64,000 bases of DNA from Rhynchopus sp. YZ270_cl-10 (lineage: Eukaryota), in the NCBI GenBank assembly GCA_964035575.1, contig OZ037844.1, forward strand, positions 806,001 through 870,000, in the 5' to 3' direction. Below the pieces are notes generated by a model that was not told the origin of the DNA, made no database searches, and saw nothing but the letters and a program-made list of their open reading frames with translations. This document shows, piece after piece, positions 13,299 through 24,465 of this stretch. Position numbers and translations under genes: made by a program. Each line of letters starts with the position of its first letter. Positions within the stretch are counted from its first letter, which is position 1.

Positions 13299-13699
13299 AG
13301 TGTGTGGGGAGGGGGAGGGGGAGGGTACTGAGATGCATGAGGGGGTGTGAGGGGGTGTGAGGGAGTGTGAGGGAGGGGGGGGTGCGGTCAGGGCACTAGC
13401 TAGGTGCTTTTTTGCGGTTTCCGCGGTAACCGCAAAACCCCGGTTTTGCGGTTTGGCAGTGTTTTTTCTAAGGGGGTTGGAGGGGGGCGGTTTACACCCC
13501 TGGGATTTTTTGGGGGGAAAACCGCCCCCCTCGAGGGGGGCGGGGGTTTGGATTTTTTTTTGGGATTTCTGGGGGTTTAAAGACCACCACAGGTGGTCAA
13601 AAGTGCCAAATTTTGGTTTTAACGGCCTCAAATCGTCGAAATTAGCCTAAAATAGGGGGTCAATACCCGTCGGTCAAAGCAACAACGTCAAAGCTTCGG

Positions 13700-13984
13700 T
13701 TGAAGTATGCTTGTGCGAGAGAAGCAATGAGTCTGCCTGTGGCAGTTGCTGTGATGGTGTTGGTGGCCAGCTTTCCTGTCGGGACAGTTGATGTCGAGCG
13801 AGCTTTTTCTGTGCTGAAGCTCATCATGACCCCACTGCGGAACCGACTCCGACAGGACACACTTGACATGTTGATCAGAATCAAGATGGAAGGTACGGAA
13901 CAGCCAGGAGACGACTTTCTTGAGAAGGTCATCGACAGGTTTGTGAAGATGCAGACATTGTGTACTCTTTTCTGTTCGTTTTAG
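13700..13984 (+). pseudogene. hAT transposase C-terminal dimerisation-domain remnant
   Basis: FPVGTVDVERAFSVLKLIMTPLRNRL..TLDMLIRI matches the hATC motif. No upstream catalytic region is present. Confidence 0.85.
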
Positions 13985-14238
13985 TTTCACCCCCACCATT
14001 AAGTGCATGTTGCACGGTCCCATGTACAGTTCACCTAAAGACCCACAGCACCCCTCCCTGATGCCTTTTGATCAACATCCGCCCAAGAAAAAGCCCACAC
14101 TATTTGACTCATAAGCCCTGTGACTTGCAGGGAGACGCGCGCGAAGCGCGCAGGCGAGCGTTCTCACCAGGGAAAAAAAATTTTTTTTACGGCCCCCCTC
14201 GAAATGAAAAACCCAAATCCTAGAAAAAACACTGTTTG

Positions 14239-14927
14239 CAGGGTCCTCAAGGGGGTGCAAAAAAAAAATTTTTGCACCCAAAAAAAAAAAAAAAAAAATT
14301 CGGGGGGGTGCAAAAAATATTTTTGCACCCCCAAAAAAAAAAAAAGTTTTTTGGGGCGAAAAAAAATTTTTGAGGGGGGATTTCAGGCTTCAGCAGGGAT
14401 TCTCTGGCTTTTCGTCAGCACCACAACGGACACAGCCAAGCACCACTCGGTGGCTGTCACACTCACAATGTGTGAAAGTGGTGCCAGGGATGCTCCCTGC
14501 GATTGTCGCCACCTTTAGCAGTTCCAGGAAAGCAAGCGAAGTGATTATGTGGAAGTGTATTTCGTTATATGCATGGGTACTGAGTGTAATTTTCCGCTCG
14601 CTACGCTCGCGGAGGTACACCTTAAAATTTTTTCCCGCTCGCTTCGCTCGCGGAAAGACACCCCAATGTGAAAAAAAAACGGGCGCAGGAAAATTTTTTT
14701 GAGCCTCCCACGATTTCACAAAACCCATAGCGTCAGGCCCTGGTTTCCCCATTTTCCCGCGAATTTTCACACCTCTTCCAACTTTGTCAGGGAGGAGCGC
14801 GCGCGAAGCGCGCGCGACGACCGCTTGTGTGGGGAGAAAGCTCGGAATGGACTTTTCTGAAGGTTTTGTACAGAAAAATTTTTGCACCCCTAAAATTCCC
14901 AGAGGGGGGTGCAGGCTGAGGACCCTG
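14239..14927. mobile_element. hAT MITE nested in the 13389-15730 element
   Basis: 11-bp TIR CAGGGTCCTCA. 8-bp TSD ACTGTTTG at 14231-14238 and 14928-14935. Subterminal GGGGTGCA/TGCACCCC motifs. Confidence 0.88.
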
Positions 14928-15743
14928 ACTGTTTGGCGAAAAAAAAAAAAAAAAAACGGAAAATCTCGGGGCAGAAAGAAAAAAAAAAATGTGGGGGGTT
15001 TTGGGCACTGTTGGGGCCCCCTCGCCCGACCCCCACATGACTGACATGATGGCACCTCAATTTTTTTCTGCTCGCTGCGCTCACGGAAGTACACCCCAAA
15101 AAAATTTCCGCTCGCTTCGCTCGCGGAGTTAACCCATATTTTTTTTTGCCTGCGGCGCCATTTTCCTTTTTTGCTTCGCAAAAAAAAAGGATTTGTTGAG
15201 TGACTCTGGTGTAAAACCGGCATCTTTACACCGCACCCTATTTTTTTTTGCCTGCGGCGCCATTTATTGTTTTACAATGTCTTCGGGAATCCCCTTGCAA
15301 TTTGGACAGTTGCATTTTGCAACCGAAAATGCAATCGATTCAGGTAGAGGGGTGGTCCACGATCGGGGGGATTAAGTCAGAGCATAGTGAGCCGTGCCAC
15401 CGCGGACATGGAGGAGTATGTGATAGAATGGTCGACAGCAAACAGGAGACTGGGGGAGTATGTGCAAACGTCGGAAGCTGTGCAGACCATGCGGCAACAC
15501 ATGCACACGCACAGAAGCATTCTGATACATGCAATGAAGTTGACAGGAGATTCGACCAGGGGTCAGTCGGGTTTAACCCCGTAAAAAATATCCTGTAAAT
15601 AACCCCTTCCCAAAATCTCCCCGTCCCTCATTCGTGTGTTTTCCCTTCTAGTTTGTCGCCGCGCGAAAATTTTTTTTGAAACCGCAAAACCGCAAAAAAA
15701 CGGGGGAAAAAAAGTCTAGCTAGTGCCCTGGGTGCGGTGAGGG

Positions 15744-16399
15744 CAGTGCTGACGCTAAGGAAAAAGCCGGTCATATATGACCAAAAAAAAAAAGGAAAAA
15801 AAAAGTCTGAAAATATGCCGGTCATATATGACCGGTCATATATGACCGGTGTTGGGTGGGTGGGCAGGGTGGGGTAGGGGATGGTCGGAAGTCCCCCCCA
15901 GTTGGCACCTCACACGAGCCTCTGAGTGACCAGAAATGGCCTCAGGAACAAAGTGACCCCGTCACAGCCAGAACGCGACTCAATTGGTCAAATGCCGAAG
16001 GAAAAGGAATCAGGCAGCGTGGCGAAATAATAAAAGTAGCGTACCGTGCGCCTGCGGCGCAAGCTTGCCAACGCACCCTTCCCTTTGACATAGTATATCA
16101 GTAAAAATGTGCAATTTTAAGCGCATTTTTTTGAAATGTTGCGTACCGTGGCTTCGCCACGAACCTTTGGGTGCCATGACCGCCGTTTCTTATTGTAAAC
16201 TGATCCCACGCGTGCCTGGTGCAAATATCAGTGAAGTGCCGAACTCTGCAGAGGAATTCGCACATTCCGCCGGAGGCCCCCAACTTGAGCTGGGTTGGGG
16301 ACCCGGGCGCGCGAAGCGCGCCCGGGCTCGGCCGAAAAAAAAAAAAGTCAAAAAAAATTTTTTTATATGACCGGCCAGCCGGCCTTAGCGTCAGCACTG
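15744..16399. mobile_element. hAT MITE (656 bp)
   Basis: 17-bp TIR CAGTGCTGACGCTAAGG. 8-bp TSD GGTGAGGG at 15736-15743 and 16400-16407. Subterminal CCGGTCATATATGACCGG motifs. Confidence 0.92.
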
Positions 16400-16426
16400 G
16401 GTGAGGGTAAAAAAAAAAAGAGTTGA

Positions 16427-19400
16427 AATACAAAACCCTCTCGTGAACAGTGTAGATTGGTATACAAATGAGACCGGCTGTACCGGGGGTGGATACCCAC
16501 TATGCAGTCCTACATCCATTTTGTGGTTTACATCTGAAAAAAAGGGGGGTGGAGGTTAATATGATGAATCGAGTGCGGCAACATGTCCAGCAGTAAAGCA
16601 GGCTAGTGGAGGTCATGTTCGCATAGAAAAAGAACGTTTTCGTCTGAAGGGCAGAAATAAGCGAGTGCACAAAGGGGGAGAGGGAATAAAAAGTCTAAGG
16701 CACTTTGGGCCATCTCTGATCATCTCCGTGAGACACACAACAGGCTGTGAGAGCTTGTGAGGTCCTGTTCGTGAATGATGGGTTTGCTGTTGGTGGGTCT
16801 GCTTACACCGTGCTCGAGAGCACCTGCACCACACTTGTACGTTGTTTGCGCCTCGCAGCGGACAACGCAGTCTCACCGGCCCTCGTCTTGTGGTTCACGT
16901 CCACCTCAGGCAAGCCCACAAGATAGCGCACAGTCTCGGTACGTCCGAAATATGCCGCAAGGAAAAGACACGTGCGCCCGTCGTTGTCTGTGACACACAG
17001 TCCCGCACCTGCTTCGACCAACATCGTCACAAGTTCTAGTTCCCCTACCTCACAAGCACAAGCATGGTGAAGAGGTGAACGTCCCTCCTCGTCCTTTGCT
17101 TCGATGTCTGCACCTGCATCAATCAGCACCTGCACCACACTTGAGTGCTTCTTGAACACAGCGGTGTGCAGTGCAGTCCATGTGTTGTCAGCTGACTGAT
17201 TCACATCCACCTCAGGCATGCACAGAAGAGCACGTGCAGTCTCGGTGTGTCCAAAACGAACTGCATGCATAAGACATGTGTCTCCGTCATTGTCTGTGAC
17301 ACACACTTCCGCACCTGCTTTGACTAACACCTTCACCACATCGAGTGCCCCTTCCTGGCTGGCCAAGAGCACAGGCGATTCTTCATTCACGCCTTTCACC
17401 TCGATGTCTGCACCTGCATCAATGAGCACCTTCACCACTTCGGGATGGTTTTCTTGAGCTGCAAAGTGCAACGCAGTGAAGTTGTCCTCTTCTGAGTGAT
17501 TCACATCCACCTCAGGCAAGCCAACAAGATAGCGCACAGTCTCGGTGTGTCCGAAATATGCCGCAAGGGTAAGACACGTGTCACCTTCGTTGTCTGCGAC
17601 ACACACTTCCGCACCTGCTTTGACCAACACCTTTAGAACACGGAGATTCCCAAACTCACTCGCCTGGAAGAGTGGGGAACGTCCGTTGTTGTGCTTTACC
17701 TCAATGTCAGCCCCTGCATCAATGAGTACCTCCGCCACTTCAGGATGGTTTTCTTGAGCTGCAATGTGCAACGCAGTGAGGCTGTCATCCCCTGAGTGAT
17801 TCACATCCACCTCAGGCACGGTTACAAGATAGCGCACAGTCTCGGTGTGTCCGAAAGATGCCGCAAGGGTAAGACATGTGCCTCCTTCAGTGTCTGTGAC
17901 ACATACTTGCGCACCTGCTTTGACCAACATCTTCACAATGGCGAAGTTTCCTAAAATACTCGCCCTGTGCAGAGGTGAACGTCCTTCCTTATCCTTTACC
18001 TCGATGTCTGCACCTGCATCAATGAGCACCTGACACACTGCAGGGTCCTCCCACATGGCTGGACACGGTCTATTACCTTTGCTACGTAACTCTAACCCAT
18101 GTGGGACAAACGCAACGTCGCTGCAGACTGACTTCCAATGCTGCAAGAGGACCTCCGTGCACGCAGTGTGGTCTGCGTGGATGCACTCACTCAGCAGCAT
18201 CCCGAAGCCCATCTGCGTTGTCTCAACATACGGAAGAAGCAGTGCGAGGCATTCATCGTGGTTCCCTCTGCATGCCTCGTGCACAGCATCGAAGGCAACC
18301 GTTTTGCTGTCTGTGTCTGGGCCGAGCTTCTCAAGTCCCGCCCGCACGGCAGTCGTGTCGCCGTTCCTGGCAGCCTCCACCAAGACCTCGTCTGCAGAAA
18401 GTGTGGTGCTGTTTGATGCCTTCTCGTCAGGTGTGCTGTCTGCATGTTGCTCCTTTGACATGGTTTGTGAAGATGTTGATATTCAATGTTGTGTCTTTTA
18501 TGATGTTTCTTTTTGTGGAGGTTGTGAGGTGAGTGGTGGGTAATACTTGGGTAATACCTGTTTTTCTGCCTTGGCGTGACTGTGTAGAAGTGCTCCAAAC
18601 ACTCCACTCTGGGTGCCAATTGAGGTGTATGGGGAGAGGGAGGGGGAGGAAAAGAGGAAAGGTTGCTTCTGTCTGTATCGACGTTTGTCTATGTTCTGTT
18701 TCTGGATATTGCTTTTTTTCTTGGCGAGGAGAGAAGGTGTTCCTCGATCAGACGGAGAAAAAGAAAGAGGAGTTGAAACGTACTCAAACAACTCGGTCGT
18801 ACTCATGCTGGGTTAGGGTGGGACGTTCGAGCGTTCCGTACCGGGACGCAGGCACTGACACTCCGTGGGTTATCGAACCCCGGAGTGTTGCGCTTGGGAG
18901 TGGTTTACAGGGAAGCTGTAAGCAGGTAATCAGTCATTACCCCACCCTGCCCGGGAAGGGGGGACAACATGATTTAATACAAAAGCCCTCTCGTGAACAG
19001 TGTAGATTGGTACAAATGAGACCGGCTGTACCGGGGGTGGGTACCCACTATGCAGTCCTACATCCATTTTGTGGTTTACATCTGAAAAAAAGGGGGGTGG
19101 AGGTTAATATGATGAATCGAGTGCGGCAACATGTCCAGCAGTAAAGCAGGCTAGTGGAGGTCATGTTCGCATAGAAAAAGAACGTTTTCGTCTGAAGGGC
19201 AGAAATAAGCGAGTGCACAAAGGGGGAGAGGGAATAAAAAGTCTAAGGCACTTTGGGCCATCTCTGATCATCTCCGTGAGACACACAACAGGCTGTGAGA
19301 GCTTGTGAGGTCCTGTTCGTGAATGATGGGTTTGCTGTTGGTGGGTCTGCTTACACCGTGCTCGAGAGCACCTGCACCACACTTGTACGTTGTTTGCGCC

Positions 19401-20120
19401 TCGCAGCGGACAACGCAGTCTCACCGGCCCTCGTCTTGTGGTTCACGTCTACCTCAGGCAAGCCCACAAGATAGCGCACAGTCTCGATGTGTCCGAAATA
19501 TGCCGCAAGGAAAAGACACGTGCGCCCGTCGTTGTCTGTGACACACAGTCCCGCACCTGCTTCGACCAACATCTTCACAAGTTCTAGTTCCCCTACCTCA
19601 CAAGCACAAGCATGGTGAATAGGTGAACGTCCCTTGTCTTCCTTTGCCTCGATGTCTGCACCTGCATCAATCAGCACCTGCACCACACTTGAGTGCTTCT
19701 CCAACACAGCGGTGTGCAGTGCAGTCCAGGCGTCGCCAGCTGACTGATTCACATCCACCTCAGGCATGCACAGAAGAGCACGTGCAGTCTCGGTGTGTCC
19801 AAAACGAACTGCATGCATAAGACATGTGTCTCCGTCATTGTCTGTGACACACACTTCCGCACCTGCTTTGACTAACACCTTCACCACATCGAGTGCCCCT
19901 TCCTGGCTGGCCAAGAGCACAGGCGATTCTTCATTCACGCCTTTCACCTCGATGTCTGCCCCTGCATCAATGAGCACCTTCACCACTTCAGGATGGTTTT
20001 CTTGAGCTGCAAAGTGCAACGCAGTGAAGTTGTCATCTTCTGAGTGATTCACATCCACCTCAGGCAAGCCAACAAGATAGCGCACAGTCTCGGTGTGTCC
20101 AAAATATGCCGCAAGGATAA
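16427..20120. repeat. Tandem duplication: about 16427-17575 is near-identical to about 18976-20120 (offset about 2548)
   Basis: The 3' coding halves and 3' flanks of ANK1 and ANK2 match almost base for base. Confidence 0.9.
16803..18461 (-). CDS. Ankyrin-repeat family paralogue 1 (552 aa, 4 triplet modules)
   Basis: Shared constant N-terminus followed by repeated SPL/TCL/TALH ankyrin triplets. Confidence 0.9.
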   Translation of the reverse strand: MSKEQHADSTPDEKASNSTTLSADEVLVEAARNGDTTAVRAGLEKLGPDTDSKTVAFDAVHEACRGNHDECLALLLPYVETTQMGFGMLLSECIHADHTACTEVLLQHWKSVCSDVAFVPHGLELRSKGNRPCPAMWEDPAVCQVLIDAGADIEVKDKEGRSPLHRASILGNFAIVKMLVKAGAQVCVTDTEGGTCLTLAASFGHTETVRYLVTVPEVDVNHSGDDSLTALHIAAQENHPEVAEVLIDAGADIEVKHNNGRSPLFQASEFGNLRVLKVLVKAGAEVCVADNEGDTCLTLAAYFGHTETVRYLVGLPEVDVNHSEEDNFTALHFAAQENHPEVVKVLIDAGADIEVKGVNEESPVLLASQEGALDVVKVLVKAGAEVCVTDNDGDTCLMHAVRFGHTETARALLCMPEVDVNQSADNTWTALHTAVFKKHSSVVQVLIDAGADIEAKDEEGRSPLHHACACEVGELELVTMLVEAGAGLCVTDNDGRTCLFLAAYFGRTETVRYLVGLPEVDVNHKTRAGETALSAARRKQRTSVVQVLSSTV

Positions 20121-20697
20121 GACACGTGTCTCCTTCGTTGTCTGTAGTACGCACACCCGCACCTGCTTCAATCAACATCTTCACAACTGCGAACTTGCCT
20201 GAAATACTTGCCATGTGCAGAGGTGAACGTCCCCTGTCGTCCTTTGTCTCGATGTCTGCCCCTGCATCAATGAGCACCTGACACACTGCAGGGTCCTCCC
20301 ACATGGCTGGACAGGGTCGGTCTGCTTCTTCCTCCTGCCCGTGTGGGACAAACGCAACGTTGCTGCAGACTGACTTCCAATGCTGCAAGAGGACCTCCGT
20401 GCACGCAGTGTGGTCTGCGTGGATGCACTCACTCAGCAGCATCCCGAAGCCCATCTGCGTTGTCTCAACATACGGAAGAAGCAGTGCGAGGCATTCATCG
20501 TGGTTCCCTCTGCATGCCTCGTGCACAGCATCAAAGGAAACCGTTTTGCTGTCTGTGTCTGGGCCGAGCTTCTCAAGTCCCGCCCGCACGGCAGTCGTGT
20601 CGCCGTTCCTGGCAGCCTCCACCAAGACCTCGTCTGCAGAAAGCTTTCTTCTCTTTGGTGCCTTCTCTGCAGTGCTGTCTGTGTGTCGCTTCGACAT
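19351..20697 (-). CDS. Ankyrin-repeat family paralogue 2 (448 aa, 3 triplets)
   Basis: Start set at MSKRH by homology with the other paralogues (AAACCATG context). Confidence 0.9.
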   Translation of the reverse strand: MSKRHTDSTAEKAPKRRKLSADEVLVEAARNGDTTAVRAGLEKLGPDTDSKTVSFDAVHEACRGNHDECLALLLPYVETTQMGFGMLLSECIHADHTACTEVLLQHWKSVCSNVAFVPHGQEEEADRPCPAMWEDPAVCQVLIDAGADIETKDDRGRSPLHMASISGKFAVVKMLIEAGAGVRTTDNEGDTCLILAAYFGHTETVRYLVGLPEVDVNHSEDDNFTALHFAAQENHPEVVKVLIDAGADIEVKGVNEESPVLLASQEGALDVVKVLVKAGAEVCVTDNDGDTCLMHAVRFGHTETARALLCMPEVDVNQSAGDAWTALHTAVLEKHSSVVQVLIDAGADIEAKEDKGRSPIHHACACEVGELELVKMLVEAGAGLCVTDNDGRTCLFLAAYFGHIETVRYLVGLPEVDVNHKTRAGETALSAARRKQRTSVVQVLSSTV

Positions 20698-21183
20698 GGT
20701 TTGTGTGTCGTCTCTGTGTCTTTCTTTGGTGTTGAGGAGGGATGTCAAAAAGTTTTTGGAAAAATGAAGGATGGATACCACAGGTACTGTTGATTCTAAA
20801 AAACGGGGGGGGTAAAAATCGCGAATAGAAAAATGGCGAAAAGGTTGAAATGTTGGAACGCTTCATCACACTAAAATACAAAGGTTTGGGTTTTGAATGG
20901 GGTGGGTTCTTCTTCAGACGATGAAAAAACCTTCTTCTTTCTTCTTCTTTTTGCTCTTCCTATTTTATTTTTATTTTTTTGAAAAGTACAAAAACTTATC
21001 TCAAAATAGTTCAAGATCGAACAGAGAGAAAGAAGAAACCCGAAACCCTCTAAGACCAAATGGTCTAACCTGAAGTATTGATATAGCGTGGGGGAGAAGT
21101 GAGGAGGGCGAGAATCGTCTTCGTGAAGACTAAAATATTTCAGTGAAGTGGAGCCCCTGGTATTTGACTGATTCGCGTCCACC

Positions 21184-24100
21184 TCAGGCATGCACAGAAG
21201 AGTACGCACAGTCTCGGTGTGATTTGCTGTGGATGGGTCTGCTGCTGGTGGGTTTGCTGTTGGTGGGTTTGCTGTTGGTGGGTTTGCTGTTGGTGGGTTT
21301 GCTGTTGGTGGGTTTACTGTTGGTGGATGTGCTGTGGATGGGTCTGCTGCTGGTGGGTTTGCTGCTGGTGGGTTTGCTGTTGGTGGATGTGCTGTGGATG
21401 GGTTTGCTGCTGGTGGGTTTGCTGTTGGTGGGTTTGCTGCTGGTGGGTTTGCTGCTGGTGGGTTTGCTGTTGGTGGGTTTACTGTTGGTGGATGTGCTGT
21501 GGATGGGTTTGCTGTTGGTGGGTTTGCTGTTGGTGGGTTTGCTGCTGGTGGGTTTGCTGTTGGTGGGTTTGCTGTTGGTGGGTTTACTGTTGGTGGATGT
21601 GCTGTGGATGGGTTTGCTGCTGGTGGGTTTGCTGTTGGTGGGTTTGCTGTTGGTGGGTTTGCTGTTGGTGGATGTGCTGTGGATGGGTTTGCTGCTGGTG
21701 GGTTTGCTGTTGGTGGGTTTGCTGTTGGTGGGTTTACTGTTGGTGGATGTGCTGTGGATGGGTCTGCTGCTGGTGGGTTTGCTGTTTGTGGGTTTACTGT
21801 TGATGGGTCTGCTGTTGGTGGGTCTGCTGCGCACACCGTGCTTGAGTAGAACCTGCACCACACCTGCATGGTGTTCGTACCTCGCAACGGACAACGCAGT
21901 GTAACCAGCCCTCGTCTTGTGGTTCACATCCACACCCTTCAAACCCACAAGATAGCGCACAGTCTCGATGTGTCCAAATAGGGCGGCAATCATAAGGCAT
22001 GTGTATCCTCGCTTTTCTGTGGCGCACACGTTCGCCCCTACTTTGACCAACATCTTCACAACTGCGAGTGCCCCAGCACCACAAGCAATGTGCAGAAACG
22101 AAAATCCGTTTTCGTCCTTTGTCTCGATGTCTGCCCCTGCATCAAGCAACAAGTGCACAAGATAGCTCATAATCTCGGTTTGTCTACAACAAGCCGCAAG
22201 GAAAAGACACGTGCGCCCGTCGTTGTCTGTGACACACAGTCCCGCACCTGCTTCGACCAACATCGTCACAAGTTCTAGTTCCCCTACCTCACAAGCATGG
22301 TGAATAGGTGAACGTCCCTTGTATCCCTTTGCCTCGATGTCTGCACCTGCATCAATCAGCACCTGCACCACACTTGAGTGCTTCTCCAACACAGCGGTGT
22401 GCAGTGCAGTCCAGGCGTCGCCAGCTGACTGATTCACATCCACCTCAGGCATGCACAGAAGAGCACGCACAGTCTCGGTGTGTCCAAAACGAACTGCATG
22501 CATAAGACATGTGTCTCCTTTGTGGTTTGTGACACACACTCCCGCACCTGCTTTGACTAACACCTTCACAGCATCGAGTGCCCCTTCCTGGCTGGCTAAG
22601 AGCACAGGCGATTCTCCATTCTCGTTCTTTGCCTCGATGTCTGCACCTGCATCAATGAGCACCTCCACTACTTCAGAATAGTTTTCTTGAGCTGCAAAGT
22701 GCAACGCAGTGAAGTCCTCAGCATCCTTGTGATTCACGTCCACCTCACGCAAACTCACAAGATAACGCACAGTCTCGGTGTGTCCAAAATATGACGCAAG
22801 TGTAAGACATGTGTCTCCTTCGTTGTCTGTAGTACGCACTCTTGCACCTGCTTTGACCAACATCTTCACAGTGTCGAGAGACCCGTTCTTGCTGGCCACA
22901 CTCAGGGGCGAATATCCATGCACGTCCTTTGCCTCGATGTCTGCCCCTGCATCGATGAGCACCTTCACCACATCGATGTGTCTTTCGCTCGCTGCACAGT
23001 GCAACGCAGTGTAGCCGTTGTTCTCTGAGTAATTCATGTCCACCTCCGGCAAGCCCACAAGATAGCGCACAGTCTCGGTGTGTCCATTCCATGCCGCCAG
23101 GGTAAGACACGTGTCTCCTACGTCCGCACCTGCTTTGACCAACACCTTCACAGTGCCCAGTGCCCCTGCCTTGCTTGCCATGAGCAGAGGTGAACACCCC
23201 TCCTTGTCCTTTGTCTCGATGTCCGTCCCTGCATCAATCATCAAGTTCACAAGATAGCGCACAATCTCAGTATGCCCATTGGCTCCCGCAAGGAAAAGAC
23301 ACGTGCGCCCGTCGTTGTCTGTGACACACAGTCCCGCACCTGCTTCGACCAACATCTTCACAAGTTCTAGTTCCCCTACCCCACAAGCATAGTGAAGAGG
23401 TGAACGTCCCTTGTCTCCTTTTGCCTCGATGTCTGCACCTGCATCAATCAGCACCTGCACTACACTTGAGTGCTTCTCCAACACAGCGGTGTGCAGTGCA
23501 GTCCAGGCGTCGCCAGCTGACTGATTCACATCCACCTCCTTCAAGCCCACAAGATAGCGCACAGTCTCGGTGTGTCCATTAGCAGCCGCAGATAAAAGAC
23601 ATGTGTCTCCTTTGTTGTCCGCACCTGCTTTGACCAACACCTTCACAGCATCGAGTGCCCCTTCCCTGCAAGCACAGTGCACAGGTGAAGATCCGTCCTC
23701 GTCCTTTGCCTCGATGTCTGCCCCTGCATCAATGAGCACCTCCACCACTTCAGGATAGTTTTCTTGAGCTGCAAAGTGCAACGCAGTCAAGTTGTCATCT
23801 TCTGAGTGATTTACATCCACCTGCGGCACGCTCACAAGATAGCGCACAGTCTCGGTGTGTCCAAAATACGCCGCAAGGGTAAGACACGTGTCTCCTTCGT
23901 TGTCTGTAGTACGCACTCCCGCACCTGCTTTGACCAACATCTTCACAACTGCGAACTTGCCTGAAATACTCGCCCTGAGCAGAGGTGAACGTCCCCTCTC
24001 GTCCTTTGTCTCGATGTCTGCCCCTGCATCAATGAGCACCTGAAACACTGCAGGGTCCTCCCACATGGCTGGACACGGTATCTCATCGTCGCTGTCTTCC

Positions 24101-24465
24101 CCTATCCGGTGTGGGACAAAGGCGACGTTGCTGCAGACTGACTTCCAATGCTGCAAGAGGACCTCCGTGCACGCAGTGTGGTCTGCGTGGATGCACTCAC
24201 TCAGCAGCATCCCGAAACCCATCTGCGTTGTCTCAACATACGGAAGAAGCAGTGCGAGGCATTCATCGTGGTTCCCTCTGCATGCCTCATGCACAGCATC
24301 GAAGGCAACCGTTTTGCTGTCTGTGTCTGGGCTGAGCTTCTCAAGTCCTGTCCGCACGGCCGTCGTATCGCCGTTCCTGGCAGCCTCCACCAAGACCTCG
24401 TCGCCAAGATTTCTTCTCTTTGGTGCCTCATTCTCTGCAGTGCTGTCTGTGTGCTGCTTTGACAT
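21184..24465 (-). CDS. Ankyrin-repeat family paralogue 3 (1093 aa, 8 modules plus S/T/K/P-rich minisatellite tail)
   Basis: Start at MSKQH by homology. Ankyrin array followed by (SKPTN)n. Confidence 0.88.
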   Translation of the reverse strand: MSKQHTDSTAENEAPKRRNLGDEVLVEAARNGDTTAVRTGLEKLSPDTDSKTVAFDAVHEACRGNHDECLALLLPYVETTQMGFGMLLSECIHADHTACTEVLLQHWKSVCSNVAFVPHRIGEDSDDEIPCPAMWEDPAVFQVLIDAGADIETKDERGRSPLLRASISGKFAVVKMLVKAGAGVRTTDNEGDTCLTLAAYFGHTETVRYLVSVPQVDVNHSEDDNLTALHFAAQENYPEVVEVLIDAGADIEAKDEDGSSPVHCACREGALDAVKVLVKAGADNKGDTCLLSAAANGHTETVRYLVGLKEVDVNQSAGDAWTALHTAVLEKHSSVVQVLIDAGADIEAKGDKGRSPLHYACGVGELELVKMLVEAGAGLCVTDNDGRTCLFLAGANGHTEIVRYLVNLMIDAGTDIETKDKEGCSPLLMASKAGALGTVKVLVKAGADVGDTCLTLAAWNGHTETVRYLVGLPEVDMNYSENNGYTALHCAASERHIDVVKVLIDAGADIEAKDVHGYSPLSVASKNGSLDTVKMLVKAGARVRTTDNEGDTCLTLASYFGHTETVRYLVSLREVDVNHKDAEDFTALHFAAQENYSEVVEVLIDAGADIEAKNENGESPVLLASQEGALDAVKVLVKAGAGVCVTNHKGDTCLMHAVRFGHTETVRALLCMPEVDVNQSAGDAWTALHTAVLEKHSSVVQVLIDAGADIEAKGYKGRSPIHHACEVGELELVTMLVEAGAGLCVTDNDGRTCLFLAACCRQTEIMSYLVHLLLDAGADIETKDENGFSFLHIACGAGALAVVKMLVKVGANVCATEKRGYTCLMIAALFGHIETVRYLVGLKGVDVNHKTRAGYTALSVARYEHHAGVVQVLLKHGVRSRPTNSRPINSKPTNSKPTSSRPIHSTSTNSKPTNSKPTNSKPTSSKPIHSTSTNSKPTNSKPTNSKPTSSKPIHSTSTNSKPTNSKPTNSKPTSSKPTNSKPTNSKPIHSTSTNSKPTNSKPTSSKPTSSKPTNSKPTSSKPIHSTSTNSKPTSSKPTSSRPIHSTSTNSKPTNSKPTNSKPTNSKPTNSKPTSSRPIHSKSHRDCAYSSVHA
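21222..21828. repeat. 15-bp coding minisatellite (GGTGGGTTTGCTGTT and variants), about 40 units
   Basis: Directly visible, with higher-order patterning of variant units. Confidence 0.95.

Larger units (their letters stand above)
13389..15730. mobile_element. Non-autonomous composite hAT element (2342 bp)
   Basis: 15-bp TIR CAGGGCACTAGCTAG. 8-bp TSD GGTGCGGT at 13381-13388 and 15731-15738. Confidence 0.92.

Noticed and set aside
13299..13631. N-terminal extension of the RING ORF
   Set aside because: Runs through a pyrimidine tract and into a hAT element.
18855..18892. tRNA-like T-loop hairpin (GGTTCGA on minus strand)
   Set aside because: No D-arm, anticodon arm or matching acceptor stem could be built.
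20871..21904. Alternative-frame repeat ORFs (PPTAN, VGLLL, WVCCW, GGFAV)
   Set aside because: By-products of the stop-free 15-bp minisatellite. Only the ANK3 frame has a plausible gene context.
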